From Phoronis australis (Eukaryota > Animalia > Phoronida): 64,000 bases of DNA. The translations under genes were made by a program, and so were the position numbers. This document shows, one piece after another, positions 40,200 to 53,896 of this stretch; position 1 is the stretch's first letter, and each line of letters begins with the position of its first letter. The stretch spans positions 385,737 through 449,736 of the forward strand of contig NMRA01000257.1 of the NCBI GenBank assembly GCA_002633005.1. The letters run 5' to 3'. The notes beneath the pieces are model-generated. The model ran no database searches. It saw only the letters and a program-made list of their open reading frames with translations, and was not told the DNA's origin.

Positions 40200-40880
40200 A
40201 CGAATGGAAACATTTGATGAAAGTGACATCATAGACATAACGATATGCTCCAGCATGTTTTCAAAAGAAGACGGGAAAGACATAACGATATGCTCCAGCA
40301 TGTTTTCAAAAGAAGACGGGAAAGACATACAGAGCAAAGGAGCCAATTCCTTACCCCAATGCCAAACATCACAATCAATATACTGAATCTCAGCCTCGCA
40401 AGGCAACTGGATACAACACATTCTCAAAACACTGCTTCATGTGCTTCAGACCACCTTCAAATCACCACCTTCCATTGGCTCGGCATCATCAGAGGACATA
40501 ACTCCTGCTCACAACCTGTTCTAAACTAATGGCACACATGTCATCACTCCCATTAACATCCTGTACAAATGGAAGGTTTTAGAACCAAGACATGTGGTGC
40601 CAAACATAACTTTTAACCTTTCCAGATGAACTACTTTGCACCATGGAATTGGGTATACTGATGCCGTACTAGTGTTGGACATCTCCCCAGGTTTTTGACA
40701 AACTGTCTCACCCAGCACATAGTACTACTATACGGCATCGATAACCTCACTCGACAGTGGATAGAAACCAACATGTCATCATCATAGGTGAATCTTTAGC
40801 TCCAGTTGTCCAGTAGAATCCAGCATCCCACAGGGGACAGTAATTGGCCCAGCTCTCTTCTATACTTCTCAATATATAAG
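40200..40880 (+). pseudogene. Decayed LINE ORF2 / reverse transcriptase fragment (includes a 45-bp duplication at 40233-40329)
   Basis: SSMFSKED linker, a frameshifted LD.S..FDK..H-like segment near 40670-40712, and SSIPQGTVIGPALF at 40819-40860 (compare GVPQGTVLGPLLF). Confidence 0.75.
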
Positions 40881-42011
40881 CTTCCTACCTGACCTTGTGA
40901 GACCTGTCTTGGTCCCTCAATGAGAAGGTTGTATACAGCTCAGATGTATAGTCAGATGTTTACTCTGAGTATTCAGCAACTGAGAGTATGTATATGAGGT
41001 ATACTCTGATAACAGCTACAACTGGCAGCAGCAAAGTGAGTACTGTGTCTATGAGACCAATGAAAATTTATATATACAAGTTTCAAATGTGTGGGTTGCA
41101 TCCATTCATGATTTCTACAGGAAGCAATGGTAAACAACTCTGGGATCTTTCACAACAATCATATGGTAGTGGTCATCTGTCTCAAGGTATCCTTATGTGA
41201 ATGACCATTACATAATCTAGTCTACTATAGAGTTCATCAAAACATGTGTGGGTGCACTGGGCCACTGACTCAGCTGAAAGCCAAACAAGTTACTATAAAC
41301 ATCAACAATTTCTCAGTAAATTAGAAATATCAATAATACTATCAAAACAGCATTCTAAGTAAAATGGGCAATTCCCTGAAAAGGTCAACCTGGAGACAAA
41401 AAAAAATTAAAATTGTGGCTATACTAACATTCCTGGTTTCATCTGAAAGCCCAGTATCTCTAGTTTCAGGATCCATATTTGACCTATAAACTTTCAATTT
41501 TTCCCCAAATGGACCCATTTTTGGAAGTTACTTGACCCTAAAAAATTACCTCAATTTTCATGTGTGTTGCTAATTGTCATAAATAAGCTAATTATTGGTA
41601 TTTCAATAAACTATCAAACTTGTGCAATCACATGATCCCCAAACTTTATAAAAAATTTTCAATCAATTAAAATAAATTCCAGTTCTCTTTTAATATGTTA
41701 CTCAAAACTATTAAACAAAATTTTAGATCGCAGGGATTAGTCCTTAAGTCAGAAATTGCATGACAAGACGTAAAGCAAATTTGTAGGTCCGTCAATAAAA
41801 ATAACCTTAGGTCATATTTTTACTTTCTAAACTTGCAGAAGATGAAATGTATCTCACAACTAAGTACCTTAAAATGACTTAAATATTACAAAGGCAGCTT
41901 CAAAATTTAGAGTAAAAAAGTTGCTACAGATTTGTACTAGATGTGCACTGGACTTTTTCAAATCCAAACGTATTTGCAGAAAAATTATAGTTTACAATGT
42001 CATCTAGTTAT

Positions 42012-42809
42012 TGTAATATAATAAGGCTATGCCCTCCATGTGCACGAAATTTCAGGGGATATGCTACCTCTGTAGTAGTTAAATGCAGGAATAGTGCTCT
42101 GATGTTGAAAACCCAGGAATAGAGGCAGTTATGCAATAATACAGGAATAGTGGCAGCTATCCTAGAATTTTGAGTTATAGCGAGATGGACATATATGTAC
42201 ATGCAGAGTGGGTTCATCGCGTGGTCAGTTAGTTCGTTATATTCAGCTCGTCATAGAGAGATGGACATATATGTACATACAGAGTGGGTCCATCGCGTGA
42301 TGCCACTAAAGTTTAGTATTTAAAGTACTGACTCTCGAGACCAGGGCAGACTGGATCCACCATAGATCACAACTTCAGACTACGGGGCACGACTCCAGAG
42401 ACTACTGAGACGAAGCCGGGGCCAGACGAGCAACTTCTGTGACCAAAGAGTCTAGGAGAAAGGACAACTGAGGTATAGACACTTATCACGGGCGTTGGTC
42501 TCAGCCCGTTAGTCAATTTGAACTGGCTAGTGATTGTTCTGGAGGGTTAGTTCTGTTGTGACTTGTTTTGTGTTGGCGTGTGCGGTAGCTACGGGGAACC
42601 AGTGGCACTGTTAATTAGTAGTTTTCTAGTAGGGATATCTTGTCTCAATCAGTTAGTCGTAAGTCTCACAACTTATTGTAATCTATAATTTGTAAATCAC
42701 AACGCTGCAAATTAATAGACGTATTTTATTGTTAAAGTATTCGTGTGTTGTTTTATTTGTTACCACGTGCGTGCCATTTATCGGCCGCAACACGCACTGA
42801 TATACCACA
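42012..42809 (+). mobile_element. Complete 798-bp solo LTR (Gypsy-type by TSD length)
   Basis: ttat|TGTAATATA ... TATACCACA|ttat: TG..CA ends, 4-bp TSD, TATA-like agtatttaaa at 42316. Confidence 0.85.
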
Positions 42810-43708
42810 TTATTCTAAGTGGAAATCAACTTATTAAAATCAGACAACTGGACCACATTATAAAATGTAAATAAAACAAAATTTTAAGTTAATGAACTTA
42901 TTGTTTTTATGTTGATGCCCCGTATTTGTACAGAAATGCTCATTGTTTGGGAAATTCAAGATGCAAAAATATTCACACAAAAGAATTTGGAGCTCTAGAG
43001 TATAAACAACAAAGAGACTTGGAGGAACACATGTCAAGTTGCTGTTACAAGCATGTGTCATTTCTACTCTGACCTGCTTGGCTGATTTTGTTGAAAAAGA
43101 CACTGGTCATTTTTGAGGGGTAAGCAACCAGTCATCTACTTTATTGAGCATTTTTGTCACACTCTCACTGACTGCAGACACTCTTTTTGTGTTTTTCAGT
43201 GTCTTGGGTCATTGGGTGGCTTGTATGAAGAGATTTCATAGCAAATGATTACATTGTCTCGTCTTACATATTTTTGATCCAGCAATCTTTTTGAGAATTA
43301 GACTAATTTTTTTCTGCTGAGCTTTGAGGAAATTGAAACCTGCGTTTAGAAACGAATGAGAAAATTGTTGAAGACCACAGGAAGAACATTAATGCATCTG
43401 GGAGAAAAATAAATATCTGCTGAATATTCTATGAAACTCAAAAATGCCATCGTGGATCAAGAAATTCATAATTGTACTTGCGCGAACTGTGATGTGACAT
43501 TATTTAATGCCTCTTATTAATTTGAAAAGAAGGCACGAGTTAAAGAGTTGGATAAAAAGCTAATCATGCTAGTCCCTAAATAGAGACCAACATCTGATAA
43601 GTTAGCTCTATACATTCCTAAATCACAATCCTAAATGCAATTAATTTAAGATGTTTTGTTTTCACACTGGAAGACAGCACGGGTGATTTGAATCAAAATA
43701 TGAAAGCN

Positions 43709-44618
43709 AGTAAGAACATACATGCCAATTTTCACAATCATACTTGTAGCGGTTTGGTTGATAGAGGGGTGGACGCCAAAAAACAGACTGAAAAACAGTA
43801 AAAATGGCCACTGGGTGTCGCAAACTAGGTCAAATCCATCCGAAAATGGGAGGATAGCGTCATCGCACTAATAGGTGCCTACATACCAAATTTCATGAAA
43901 ATTCGTTAAGGACTTGTGAAGATACAGAGGTAAACGTAAAAAAATAAAATTGCCACTAGGGGGCACACTGGTAGGCGGATACGTCCAAAAGTCGTCATCG
44001 TCTGTTGTTAACACCATATAAATATACTTACACAATTTCGTAAAGATCCTGCAAACGGTTTAGGAGATATAGCCATAGGCGAAAAAAAAACAAAACTGCC
44101 ACTAGGAGGCGCCACAGAAGTCGAAATCGTCGGAAAATCATTGTCAACCGTCCTCTACATAGTAAGCATATACATGCCAATTTTCACAATCATCCTTTGA
44201 GCGGTTTGGTTGATAGAGGGGTTGACGCACAAAAACAGACTCAAAAACACTAAAAATGGCCACTAGGTGGCGCAAACTATGTCGAATCCATCTGAAAACG
44301 GGAGGATAGCGTCATCTCGCTAACAGGTGCCTACATACCAAATGTCATGAAAATCCGTTCAGGACTTTTGAAGATACAAAGGTAAGCGTAAAAAACTAAA
44401 ATTGCCACTAGGGGGCACACCGGTAATCGGATCCGTCCGCAAGTTCGCACATGCCGTCCCATTCATGAATGGAACATATGTGCCAAATTTCATGAACATA
44501 TGTCAAAGGGTTTTGGAGATAGAGCAGCGGACGCCAGACGCCGGACGGACGCCGCCCGTACGGACGGACGGAGATGACGGCATAATGCGTCCACATATAA
44601 ATATGTGGGCGCAAAAAA
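43709..44618 (-). mobile_element. Second young HINE/DINE-like copy, cut by the single-N join at 43708
   Basis: Same subunits, cggacggac microsatellite and terminal atgcgtccacat...atgtgggcgca hairpin as 35604-37281. Confidence 0.85.
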
Positions 44619-45619
44619 GTCGATGCTGTCTACTAAACTATGCTCCACACTTTGTTTTAAGAAGATACTGAAGTCTTGTTACTAATACTTTTAAAACGCC
44701 ACCTTTATTACTTACATGGTCATGCATCAGAATCATCAGTGAGATGGCCCACAGTGTAATTTTGTACAAGCTTAGGGCAAGTTCTAATTTAAAAAAACAA
44801 TTACATAAAATGCGTTTTTATTACAGTGATGATTACTAATGTTTTGAGCTTTATTTCACATTTCATATTTTGATGATCACATTTAGTTATTAGTTTCGAA
44901 TTAGATTTCTATTTAATGCATAAAAACAGTTTTCCTGATAACCAACAGCTGTCAAATACAAAATGATTTATCAGTCTCATTCTCTTTAATCAAACGTATT
45001 GAAAAGTTAAAATCCTAGAGTACATTCCTGCACAGGCCTACCTGTGATTTCGTGCAAAAGGTCAATCGGTACATTTTAATTAAAAAACTTTAATCAGTAG
45101 CAGATCAATAAATAGCTTAAACACTGCAAAAGTTTGAATCATTCTGAATTGATATCTTAGTCACAACAAAAAACTAATACTAGAAATTCAGAGGATACTC
45201 CGTCACCTACGTACGTTACACTAACTCAACTTACATTGAGCTGTCTGACAAAAACTTCTTAGAAGATATCATCAAAAATGAGTGTGTTGTACTTTGCAAA
45301 CATTCCACTAAATCAGCGTATAAAACAAAAATTTGTAACTTAATGCAACTAACAGAAAATTAATGTTAAAAATGTCTTTTTAAAAATTCAAATTCTCTGC
45401 GAACGTCCGTCACACCCCTTTAAAGGCAATTTTCTCAGTGAGATACAAAGATAGGGGAAAGTTGATACATGCTTTGAAAGCTACCAATGAGACCTATCAA
45501 TTGAAGTATTATTTTCCTAGGATGAACATTTTTTTCACAATTGATCAAAATGTTCTCTGACTGTACGTCCGTCACAAATGGAGTTGTCCAAATATATCAT
45601 GAATATACCACGGACTTCG

Positions 45620-46200
45620 TGACACAGTCCATCTCAACTTCCTCCATTCGACTCTTTGCAAATGATACTGTGCTACTACCTCCTCCCTAAATGACAACTC
45701 TCTCGCTGCATGGGAAAGCTCACCTCACCAACCAATATGCAGTTATCACCTCACCAACCAATACACAGTTATCACCTCAACAACCAACCACTTGAACATA
45801 ATGATCACACCTCACACTTAGGCACAACACTTTTTTCCAACCTTAACTACTCAACTACCACAATAAATCCTTCCACTTTATAAATGAAAAATAAAATTGC
45901 TCCACAAGCCACCAAGATCACTAGTTTGTACAAAAATGAAAAATTCATCAGTAGAGGACCCATTCATCAAAACAAACATAAACAAATTAGAAAAGATCAA
46001 TGGACACTTGCCAAGTTTGTCACAAATATCCATTCTACCTAATCATCTGTCACATCTATGCTACAAAAACTAAACTGGCCAACACTACAAGACCGAGGCA
46101 CTCAGAACAAGGTCACTCTCCTAAATACAAAATTATGCCCAACATGGTAGTCACACCTTTCTCCTATCTCCCACCAACCACACCTAAACCAAACGGTTAA
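45620..46200 (+). pseudogene. Decayed LINE reverse transcriptase C-terminal fragment
   Basis: IRLFANDTVL at 45646 (degenerate FADD motif) and a downstream GHS.KY-like segment near 46110. Confidence 0.6.
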
Positions 46201-46305
46201 CAGACTGCTAAACACTGTGTCGGATGCAAAAACACAACTCAGGTACCTGCAAACATCGTTCACCAACTCACATACACACGATCGGAATCACAAAATACAA
46301 TTCAT

Positions 46306-48647
46306 CAGGGCTTGACACTAATAAAATCGCCAGGTTTCATTTTGTGACCAAGCCAAAATCCCACGTTGCATTTTCAAAATCTAGCCAGGTCGCAAAATTT
46401 TCCCGCCATTTTTACGCGTCAAAATTGATTTTAATAGATCGAGAAAATTTTTAAACTATGCTCTTACCTGTAGCATTAAATACTCACAAATTGCAGATCG
46501 CAAAATTGAGTTCGTTCATGCAGGTATGGAGTTACTGTTCTTCACGACCGCCATTGAAAGGCTCTAGAGGGCAAGACAAGTTGCCGACGTAAAAGTTGAA
46601 TCAATGCTCTCTAACTGACATGTGCATTCGAGTAGCCTAAGTTTGCGATAGATCAAGTTTAAGTCTAATACTGGAATAAAAACTTACTAAAATTTAACGA
46701 CATTGCGTCTGCATCTCACAGACTTCAGCTTGGCTTGTGAGTTGTTACATTATCATTCTTCTGGCCAATTGGTGGCGTTTTGACCAGACGACGCGGGATT
46801 GATGTCAGAACATCATCCCATACGTGTGAAAAATCAAATCTTAAGCCGCCTCTTTTATTTAAGTTTGTGATGTGAAAAGGGAGAAAATGTCCGTTGAAAA
46901 AGTATCCGAGATTTTGCTAGGTTTGACCTGCTATTGGCTGTCATCAAAGTCGTTAAAGATCCAAACTAACTCGGAGTGCAAATTCCCTCCACTTTTTGTT
47001 CGCAGCCCAAAGTTTGCAACTTAACTCGACGTTTGAAAAACATCTGTCAAAAAAAACGCGAAATGATGCCCTAACCAAATGAATTATTTGGATGCGCGGG
47101 AACAATTCGGTGCAAATTTCACAACAAAAATGTGGTACTTGTGCTATTTACGTACTCAACAATTAGTTTTCCGTGAATAGAATAGCCTCGAAATAATACC
47201 CGACTCCGTGCGGGATTCCATCGTGTAATTCGAGTTTGCTCCTCAACTCCTTCCAAGTACGGAAAAATAGGTCAGTCACGAAACAACACGCATGTCACTA
47301 GTGTTAACTTTCTTTCGGAGGTATGAAACAAAGCCGGGACTTGGTTTTTACATATTGAGAAAAGACGTGTTTTGAAAACTGAATTTGTTTTGTAAAATGA
47401 GAGTGACACACTATATAGATGCGTGTTCACTAACCACAATTTCGCATCTAGTACCCGTTTAGTTGCAATAGCTGGCTACAGGCATAGAATATAGGGTTTA
47501 GGGAACATCGACCTCGGGGAAACATCATCACAGGAAAATATCAGTTCTGAGTTACCAGGTGTATCGGTCCCGGGGAATATCATAAAGCATCGGGTATTTT
47601 ATAACAGCCGGGAATGTGAGAGTTCATTTTCAAAAAACCAATGGGTGCTTAATGGAGCCAAGCCAGAAGACTCTTTCATTTAGGACTGTCACTGTTCTCT
47701 TTTGATGTGCAGCTTTGAAGTGGTGTGCGCGAGTTCTACATTTTATGCTGGCAATGTGTGAAAGACAATTCATATTTCGCGCACATAGCTCCAGAAACAA
47801 GTAAAGGGGTTTGAGAATTTTTTGCAACTGAAAGTTAAGACGTGGCCATCATTTGGCGATTAATAGGGTTGTCATTTTCACTTTGGCTGTCGTATGCAAT
47901 AAAAAACGAGACGCACATCTCTAAGTCACGATTGTCTTCCGGAACAGCTTGCATGCTAACAACGGGACCGACCAGCGCTGCAGTGCGATATCAAGGATAT
48001 TGTCGTGGATGTTTGGTACATGTAATAAGGACATCTTACGCGAAAAATGAACAATTTGTCCACCACAAAGTTTGGTAAGTTGATTGCTTAAATACCGCAG
48101 TTTTGTGAGGTTTTATCATGTTATGCAGTGGCCCGAAACTTTCTGCGGCGAATCTGGAAATTTGCAAAAGTGGCCGAAAATGTTAGCCAATGAAACACGT
48201 CAAAGATCGATTCTGCATATCCCATGTTCACGTGACTTGTTTACAAGTCATCGGGAGGGCTGTTCTCGGTTAGTGTTCTTTTGAACTTGGATTTGGCAAC
48301 AACCAAATAACGATGGGATTAACAGTGCTGTAGTGGGGTGTAGGAGCACATAGGCGCAGCCAACCACCTTTAGGCATTTGAACGTCGCGCCTACACACCA
48401 TAAGTTACGTTCAGTGTTCAAGGTGATACGGTGGACTTTGGGCGTCTACTTACCTCTAATTTTACCACTACAGCACTGATTAACAAGAGTTGCTTTATAT
48501 TTGCCAGGTATCTGCCGAGATCAGCTCGCATACTTTGGAAATTCCAGGTCGCATTTTGCGACTTGATATGAACTGACAAAAATCTCAGCTCTCATTTCCT
48601 AATTTAAAGTCGCAAATGCGACCTGCAGCTCGTTATGTCGAGCCCTG
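46306..48647. mobile_element. 2.34-kb non-autonomous hAT-like DNA transposon
   Basis: TIRs cagggcttgaca / tgtcgagccctg, subterminal ccaggtcgca repeats at both ends, flanks ttcat/ttcag (5 bp, 1 mismatch), no long ORF. Confidence 0.7.
48323..48478. mobile_element. 156-bp MITE nested in the hAT-like element, 5-bp TSD
   Basis: attaa|cagtgctgtagtgg ... ccactacagcactg|attaa; perfect 14-bp TIR. Confidence 0.88.
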
Positions 48648-51600
48648 TTCAGTTACCCAAAGTACATGGTCACGGATTCTCAGTCACACAGAAACACGGT
48701 ACAAGGACCGCCAATGCGGATAAAATGTAGAAGTCAGCTTCGACAGTTGTGTAATGGGTGCGAGATTAAATATAATTTTGAACAAATGATTGTCTGTAAT
48801 GCGATGTAATTGTTGTAAATTAGAAACAATAAACAATTATTTAAATTGCTTATTTGTTTTACAACTTATTGATGTTGATGTTTGTGACCTGTTTACTATT
48901 AAGTTGATGCGCAGTGAAAAAGAACATTTGAAATTGATTTTAGCACAACTTGAAATATTTGTTTCCTCTGAAAGTTAGCTCTCAAATTGTATTTTTGTAC
49001 CAAAACCAGGTTTTTGTAGGCAAAGGTGTTGCCAAATACATGAAGATTGAACTATTTTGCGCTACTTATCCAGGAAGCCGACGAGTCCATGACCATGTGT
49101 TCGGCATGCTTTATCGGAGTGAACCATGTTTGTACTCTGTTTCTACGTGAATGTGAGACCGTGACATGTATTTTGGGTGAACGGGTCGTGTTTTGTAAGT
49201 CCGATCCTGTGTATGTGAGTCAGTGAACAGTGTTTGCAAGTACATGAGACGTGTTCATGCATCCGACACTGTGTTTAGCAGTCTGTTAATCGTGTAGTTC
49301 AGGTACCTTGACATTGTGTTTGCATTTTAGTTATGTCCAGAGTTTGGTCTCTCATCTTCCAGCATTGCTTAATACTAGTTGAGTTCTGTTTAGGCAACTT
49401 ATAGGCACAACCTCTTCTCGCAATGCGGGGATCCCATCACTTTCCTAAGACTGCACACTCATACCGGTACAGCTAATTATGCCCACTCCTTTCTACCCAC
49501 CGTAACCTTATGGAACCACCCACTCCATCGCATTGTATCAGCACCTTGCCTGCTTCTGTCCCACTCATTAAGACATATGACTATACAGGAAGCAGCTCCG
49601 CAGCAAAGATTGTTCTAAAACCCCTCCACCCCCACACCACACGATCCACAACCTCCTTGACCCACGACCTGCAGCAATAGAGGTACCTTTGTGCTTTTAA
49701 TCGCAAACCTAAAATAATTTTTGAAAAGCTTATGTTTTCAGTTAAACGAAAACGACTGATTTCCTCGCTGAGTCCAAAAAATTAGTGATCTCACCCATTA
49801 ATATAAAGCTAAAAAGTAAAACACATTCATATTAGAAAACTGAAGACATTTTTTACAGCGGACAAACACATTAGTGTAACCTGCAGCTACGCACAACAGA
49901 TCGCATGCAGGGCCACAAAAGTGCATGGCCGCTAACGTGCCAACTTTCCTGGCCAGCTGTAGTCGCCCTTTGATCCGTCAAACTGAAAAACAGTCCGTGA
50001 TTCCTATCCATCATCGGCATTCCTGTCCTGTTGTGGGACAAAAGGTGCACCGTACTGTTTTCTGTGCTTCGGAGGTCCGTCTGCCATTTCTCTCACAAAA
50101 GGTGTGTTGTTCCTGTTTCAATCATACGCCTTATTTACCGTGCATTTGAAACGTGCTGTTGTCTGCTGTTAGTTGTTCGGGTTTGTACAATGTATGTAGT
50201 GTTCTTAATAACAGCCACACCCAGTGAAGCTGAAGGCGAGTCTATAACCTTGTTGTATTACTACAGGTTCACTAGCTAGGCCTCTAGAAGTACTCACCAG
50301 TTAAAACACAGCTATTCAAGCTTCAGTAAAACCCAATACAGGTGCCCATCCCCCCCGACATCCTGATTGCTTGCTGAAAGACTGCCAGCAGGGTTCCCGC
50401 CAGCAGTTTAAATAAAACCAGCATCTGGGGAACCATAAAACTGACAAATCACAAGACACCACAGAAAGATAAAGGACGAATGATGATGACGATTACAACA
50501 ACCTGATGGAGCCGAACCCGGTTTTGGGTACAAGTAGTTGTCCAGCGAGGTGGTCGTGGGCCGGGGTTGTGAGGTGAGGGGCAGAGGGGGGTCAAAGGGG
50601 TTTCAGAACAATCCCAACAGCACATCACAACTTCGAAAGTGCACTCAGTAGCCCACACATGCATTAGTCTGGACTTTGGAGTGAATCGGAAATGAGCTAT
50701 AAAGCATTAAAATGTAATTTTTGTGGCCAATCTATGCAACTCACTGATTGATAAATTGTAGTGAGGCACGGCACTGGTTTTCNATAAAACCAGCATCCGG
50801 GGAACCATAAAACTGACAAATCACAAGACACCACAGAAAGATAAAGGACGAATGATGTTGACGATTACAACAACCTGATGGAGCCGAACCCGGTTTTGGG
50901 TACAAGTAGTTGTCCAGCGAGGTGGTCGTGGGCCGGGGTTGTGAGGTGAGGGGCAGAGGGGGGTCAAAGGGGTTTCAGAACAATCCCAACAGCACATCAC
51001 AACTTCGAAAGTGCACTCAGTAGCCCACACATGCATTAGTCTGGACTTTGGAGTGAATCGGAAATGAGCTATAAAGCATTAAAATGTAATTTTTGTGGCC
51101 AATCTATGCAACTCACTGATTGATAAATTGTAGTGAGGCACGGCACTGGTTTTCGGAATATTGGGTTAAAGCCATGCACTCAAGAGCCAAGGCATGGCTT
51201 TGAACTCAAATTTCGCAGGGGCAGGAAACCCAAAAAATGTATTCGTATCCGACCAGTGCCAATTCGGACTGCCATGACCATTTGTTGAATTGTTTTTAAG
51301 CAACACGTGTGCCAACACGTACGGTAGAAGTCGAAGCTTTCTGTGTGTGTTGTTGGAGAAATAGGAAAAAGAAGACAACGACGAAGAGAGGCATGACGTT
51401 TTGGTTTTGACTACAAAATGACTTTTTCGCAAGACAGTACTGACAGTAGTATATAGTAGGCTACTGTCACTATCACTCAGACAGAAACTACACTAAAATT
51501 ATTCAGGTATTCAGCTGCTCTACAAAATTAGTGCAATGATACACCAAGAATAACATTTAATGACTGTGAGGTAACTTTAATCATTCCTTCCAAGTTCTTC

Positions 51601-51895
51601 ACATATTTACATAACAAGTAACACAAGAAGTACTCACGTGTTCTTGGAAATAAAACCCCGGGCACGCGCACACAACACACACAACCACACACAATGCAGT
51701 TCACTGCAACACCACTGCAGAGTGCACTCAGCTGTGTGCGAAAAGTGCAGGGCTAGTTCATTCGTGACGCAGGAGGGGTGAGGGGTATTTATTACCAAAG
51801 TCAGTCCGGCAGCCAGTCGGTGTTCATGGCACGAGCGCTGATACGCCGTAAAATGTAACAATTTCGATTGCACTTTTTTTCAGTCTTCCCAAACC

Positions 51896-52249
51896 AATAA
51901 AAACTTTGAAATAAAACATTATTCTGATTGCACCACCAACAATATTATTTATCTTATCACATGCAAAAAATGTTCTATCCAATTCGTAGGACAAACTCAA
52001 CATAATCTACAAACTCGGTTTCGTAATCATAGATTTATCATAATACATAAAAACATTTCTAATACTATAGGTAATCATTTCAATTCAAAAAAAACATAAT
52101 CTTCAAGGGTTTCTGTACAAATAATAGAAAAACTCCAACACCCCAGTACCCCTCATAGCCTCATAAGTGAACAATTTTGGATAGACAAGCCCAATACACT
52201 AGAACCTCATGGATTAAACATAAAAAACTTCTTAAATTATACCATTTAA
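51896..52249 (+). pseudogene. Penelope-like element GIY-YIG endonuclease remnant (5'-truncated, frameshifted)
   Basis: Translates as DCTTNNIIYLITCKKCSIQFVGQTQHNLQTRFRNHR...IGNHFN.../VQIIE...EQFWID...TLEPHGLN, the typical PLE endonuclease C-terminus. Indels near 52087-52113. Confidence 0.88.
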
Positions 52250-52290
52250 TTATTTCCGCAACAATGTATCATATTCATTACGCCACATCT

Positions 52291-53875
52291 GAAGGCACTA
52301 TTTCCGCTTCATTTTTGTTAAAAACTTCATGAAACGGATCTTTACGCAAACACTTTTATTCGAAACCTAAGCCCAAATAATAGTCTTTGCCATGGCATCG
52401 AATTTTTTTATAGTGAACTGAATTTAATACAGATTTTTTTAGCTTAATTTTTTCATTTTGTGTGGTGCACCAAGAAATAAATGGATGCCGGACGAAGTGT
52501 CAATCGAAGATTCGAGTGTCGAATATGAACTTGGAGTTTNNNNNNNNNNNNNNNNNNNNNNNNNNNNNNNNNNNNNNNNNNNNNNNNNNNNNNNNNNNNN
52601 NNNNNNNNNNNNNNNNNNNNNNNNNNNNNNNNNNNNNNNNNNNNNNNNNNNNNNNNNNNNNNNNNNNNNNNNNNNNNNNNNNNNNNNNNNNNNNNNNNNN
52701 NNNNNNNNNNNNNNNNNNNNNNNNNNNNNNNNNNNNNNNNNNNNNNNNNNNNNNNNNNNNNNNNNNNNNNNNNNNNNNNNNNNNNNNNNNNNNNNNNNNN
52801 NNNNNNNNNNNNNNNNNNNNNNNNNNNNNNNNNNNNNNNNNNNNNNNNNNNNNNNNNNNNNNNNNNNNNNNNNNNNNNNNNNNNNNNNNNNNNNNNNNNN
52901 NNNNNNNNNNNNNNNNNNNNNNNNNNNNNNNNNNNNNNNNNNNNNNNNNNNNNNNNNNNNNNNNNNNNNNNNNNNNNNNNNNNNNNNNNNNNNNNNNNNN
53001 NNNNNNNNNNNNNNNNNNNNNNNNNNNNNNNNNNNNNNNNNNNNNNNNNNNNNNNNNNNNNNNNNNNNNNNNNNNNNNNNNNNNNNNNNNNNNNNNNNNN
53101 NNNNNNNNNNNNNNNNNNNNNNNNNNNNNNNNNNNNNNNNNNNNNNNNNNNNNNNNNNNNNNNNNNNNNNNNNNNNNNNNNNNNNNNNNNNNNNNNNNNN
53201 NNNNNNNNNNNNNNNNNNNNNNNNNNNNNNNNNNNNNNNNNNNNNNNNNNNNNNNNNNNNNNNNNNNNNNNNNNNNNNNNNNNNNNNNNNNNNNNNNNNN
53301 NNNNNNNNNNNNNNNNNNNNNNNNNNNNNNNNNNNNNNNNNNNNNNNNNNNNNNNNNNNNNNNNNNNNNNNNNNNNNNNNNNNNNNNNNNNNNNNNNNNN
53401 NNNNNNNNNNNNNNNNTACCACCTTCTAGTGTGTCTGATGTTCTTCCTGGAGTAAACCTGAGTCAACCTTCCCACACCTCGAATGATGTTGTTCCTACCA
53501 ATGATGCGGGTCATACTAGCAGCGGTACACTTGACGTGACGGGAGACGTTCCTTTGCGACGCTCTTCCAGGACCAAACGTCCTCCAACCTACCTTCAGGA
53601 TTTTGTGGTTGATTAAGTGTTATGGTATCCTCCCTGGACTTTGATGGTACCGATCCTAGTTCAAGTGTATTACATGTATTGTGCTAATTTTTTCTTAGGA
53701 CTGATAAGTGTTACTTCAAAGGACTTAAAGAGACATTACGCCACTATTGGTTTCCGGTTTATTATTTTACGCGAGTTATTCGTTTGACTATTTTTGTTAG
53801 CCTTCCGGTTTCGCCATTTGCGATAAATAAACACAAGTATTTTGAGTTCACACATTTACTCTCATTTTACTGGCG
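52291..53875 (+). mobile_element. Gypsy-like retroelement spanning the assembly gap (52540-53415)
   Basis: ORF end VPLRRSSRTKRPPTYLQDFVVD* at 53616 resembles Gypsy pol C-terminal tails; possible ORF start MPDEVSIED at 52485; AATAAA at 53826; flanked by a 21-bp direct repeat. Confidence 0.6.
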
Positions 53876-53896
53876 CATATTCATTACGCCACATCT

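Noticed and set aside
46468-46554. ATGGCGG...CAG|gtaag as first coding exon of the DUF3715 gene
   Set aside because: In-frame stops in the required phase, and it lies inside the hAT-like element.
50412-51154. 371-bp tandem duplication giving two near-identical 71-aa ORFs
   Set aside because: Single N at 50783 between the copies and only 2 differences seen; haplotype-overlap artefact with no protein motif.
52439-53616. Four 320-380 aa ORFs in the track
   Set aside because: They read through the 876-N gap; only the 3' part of 52462-53616 carries a recognisable motif.
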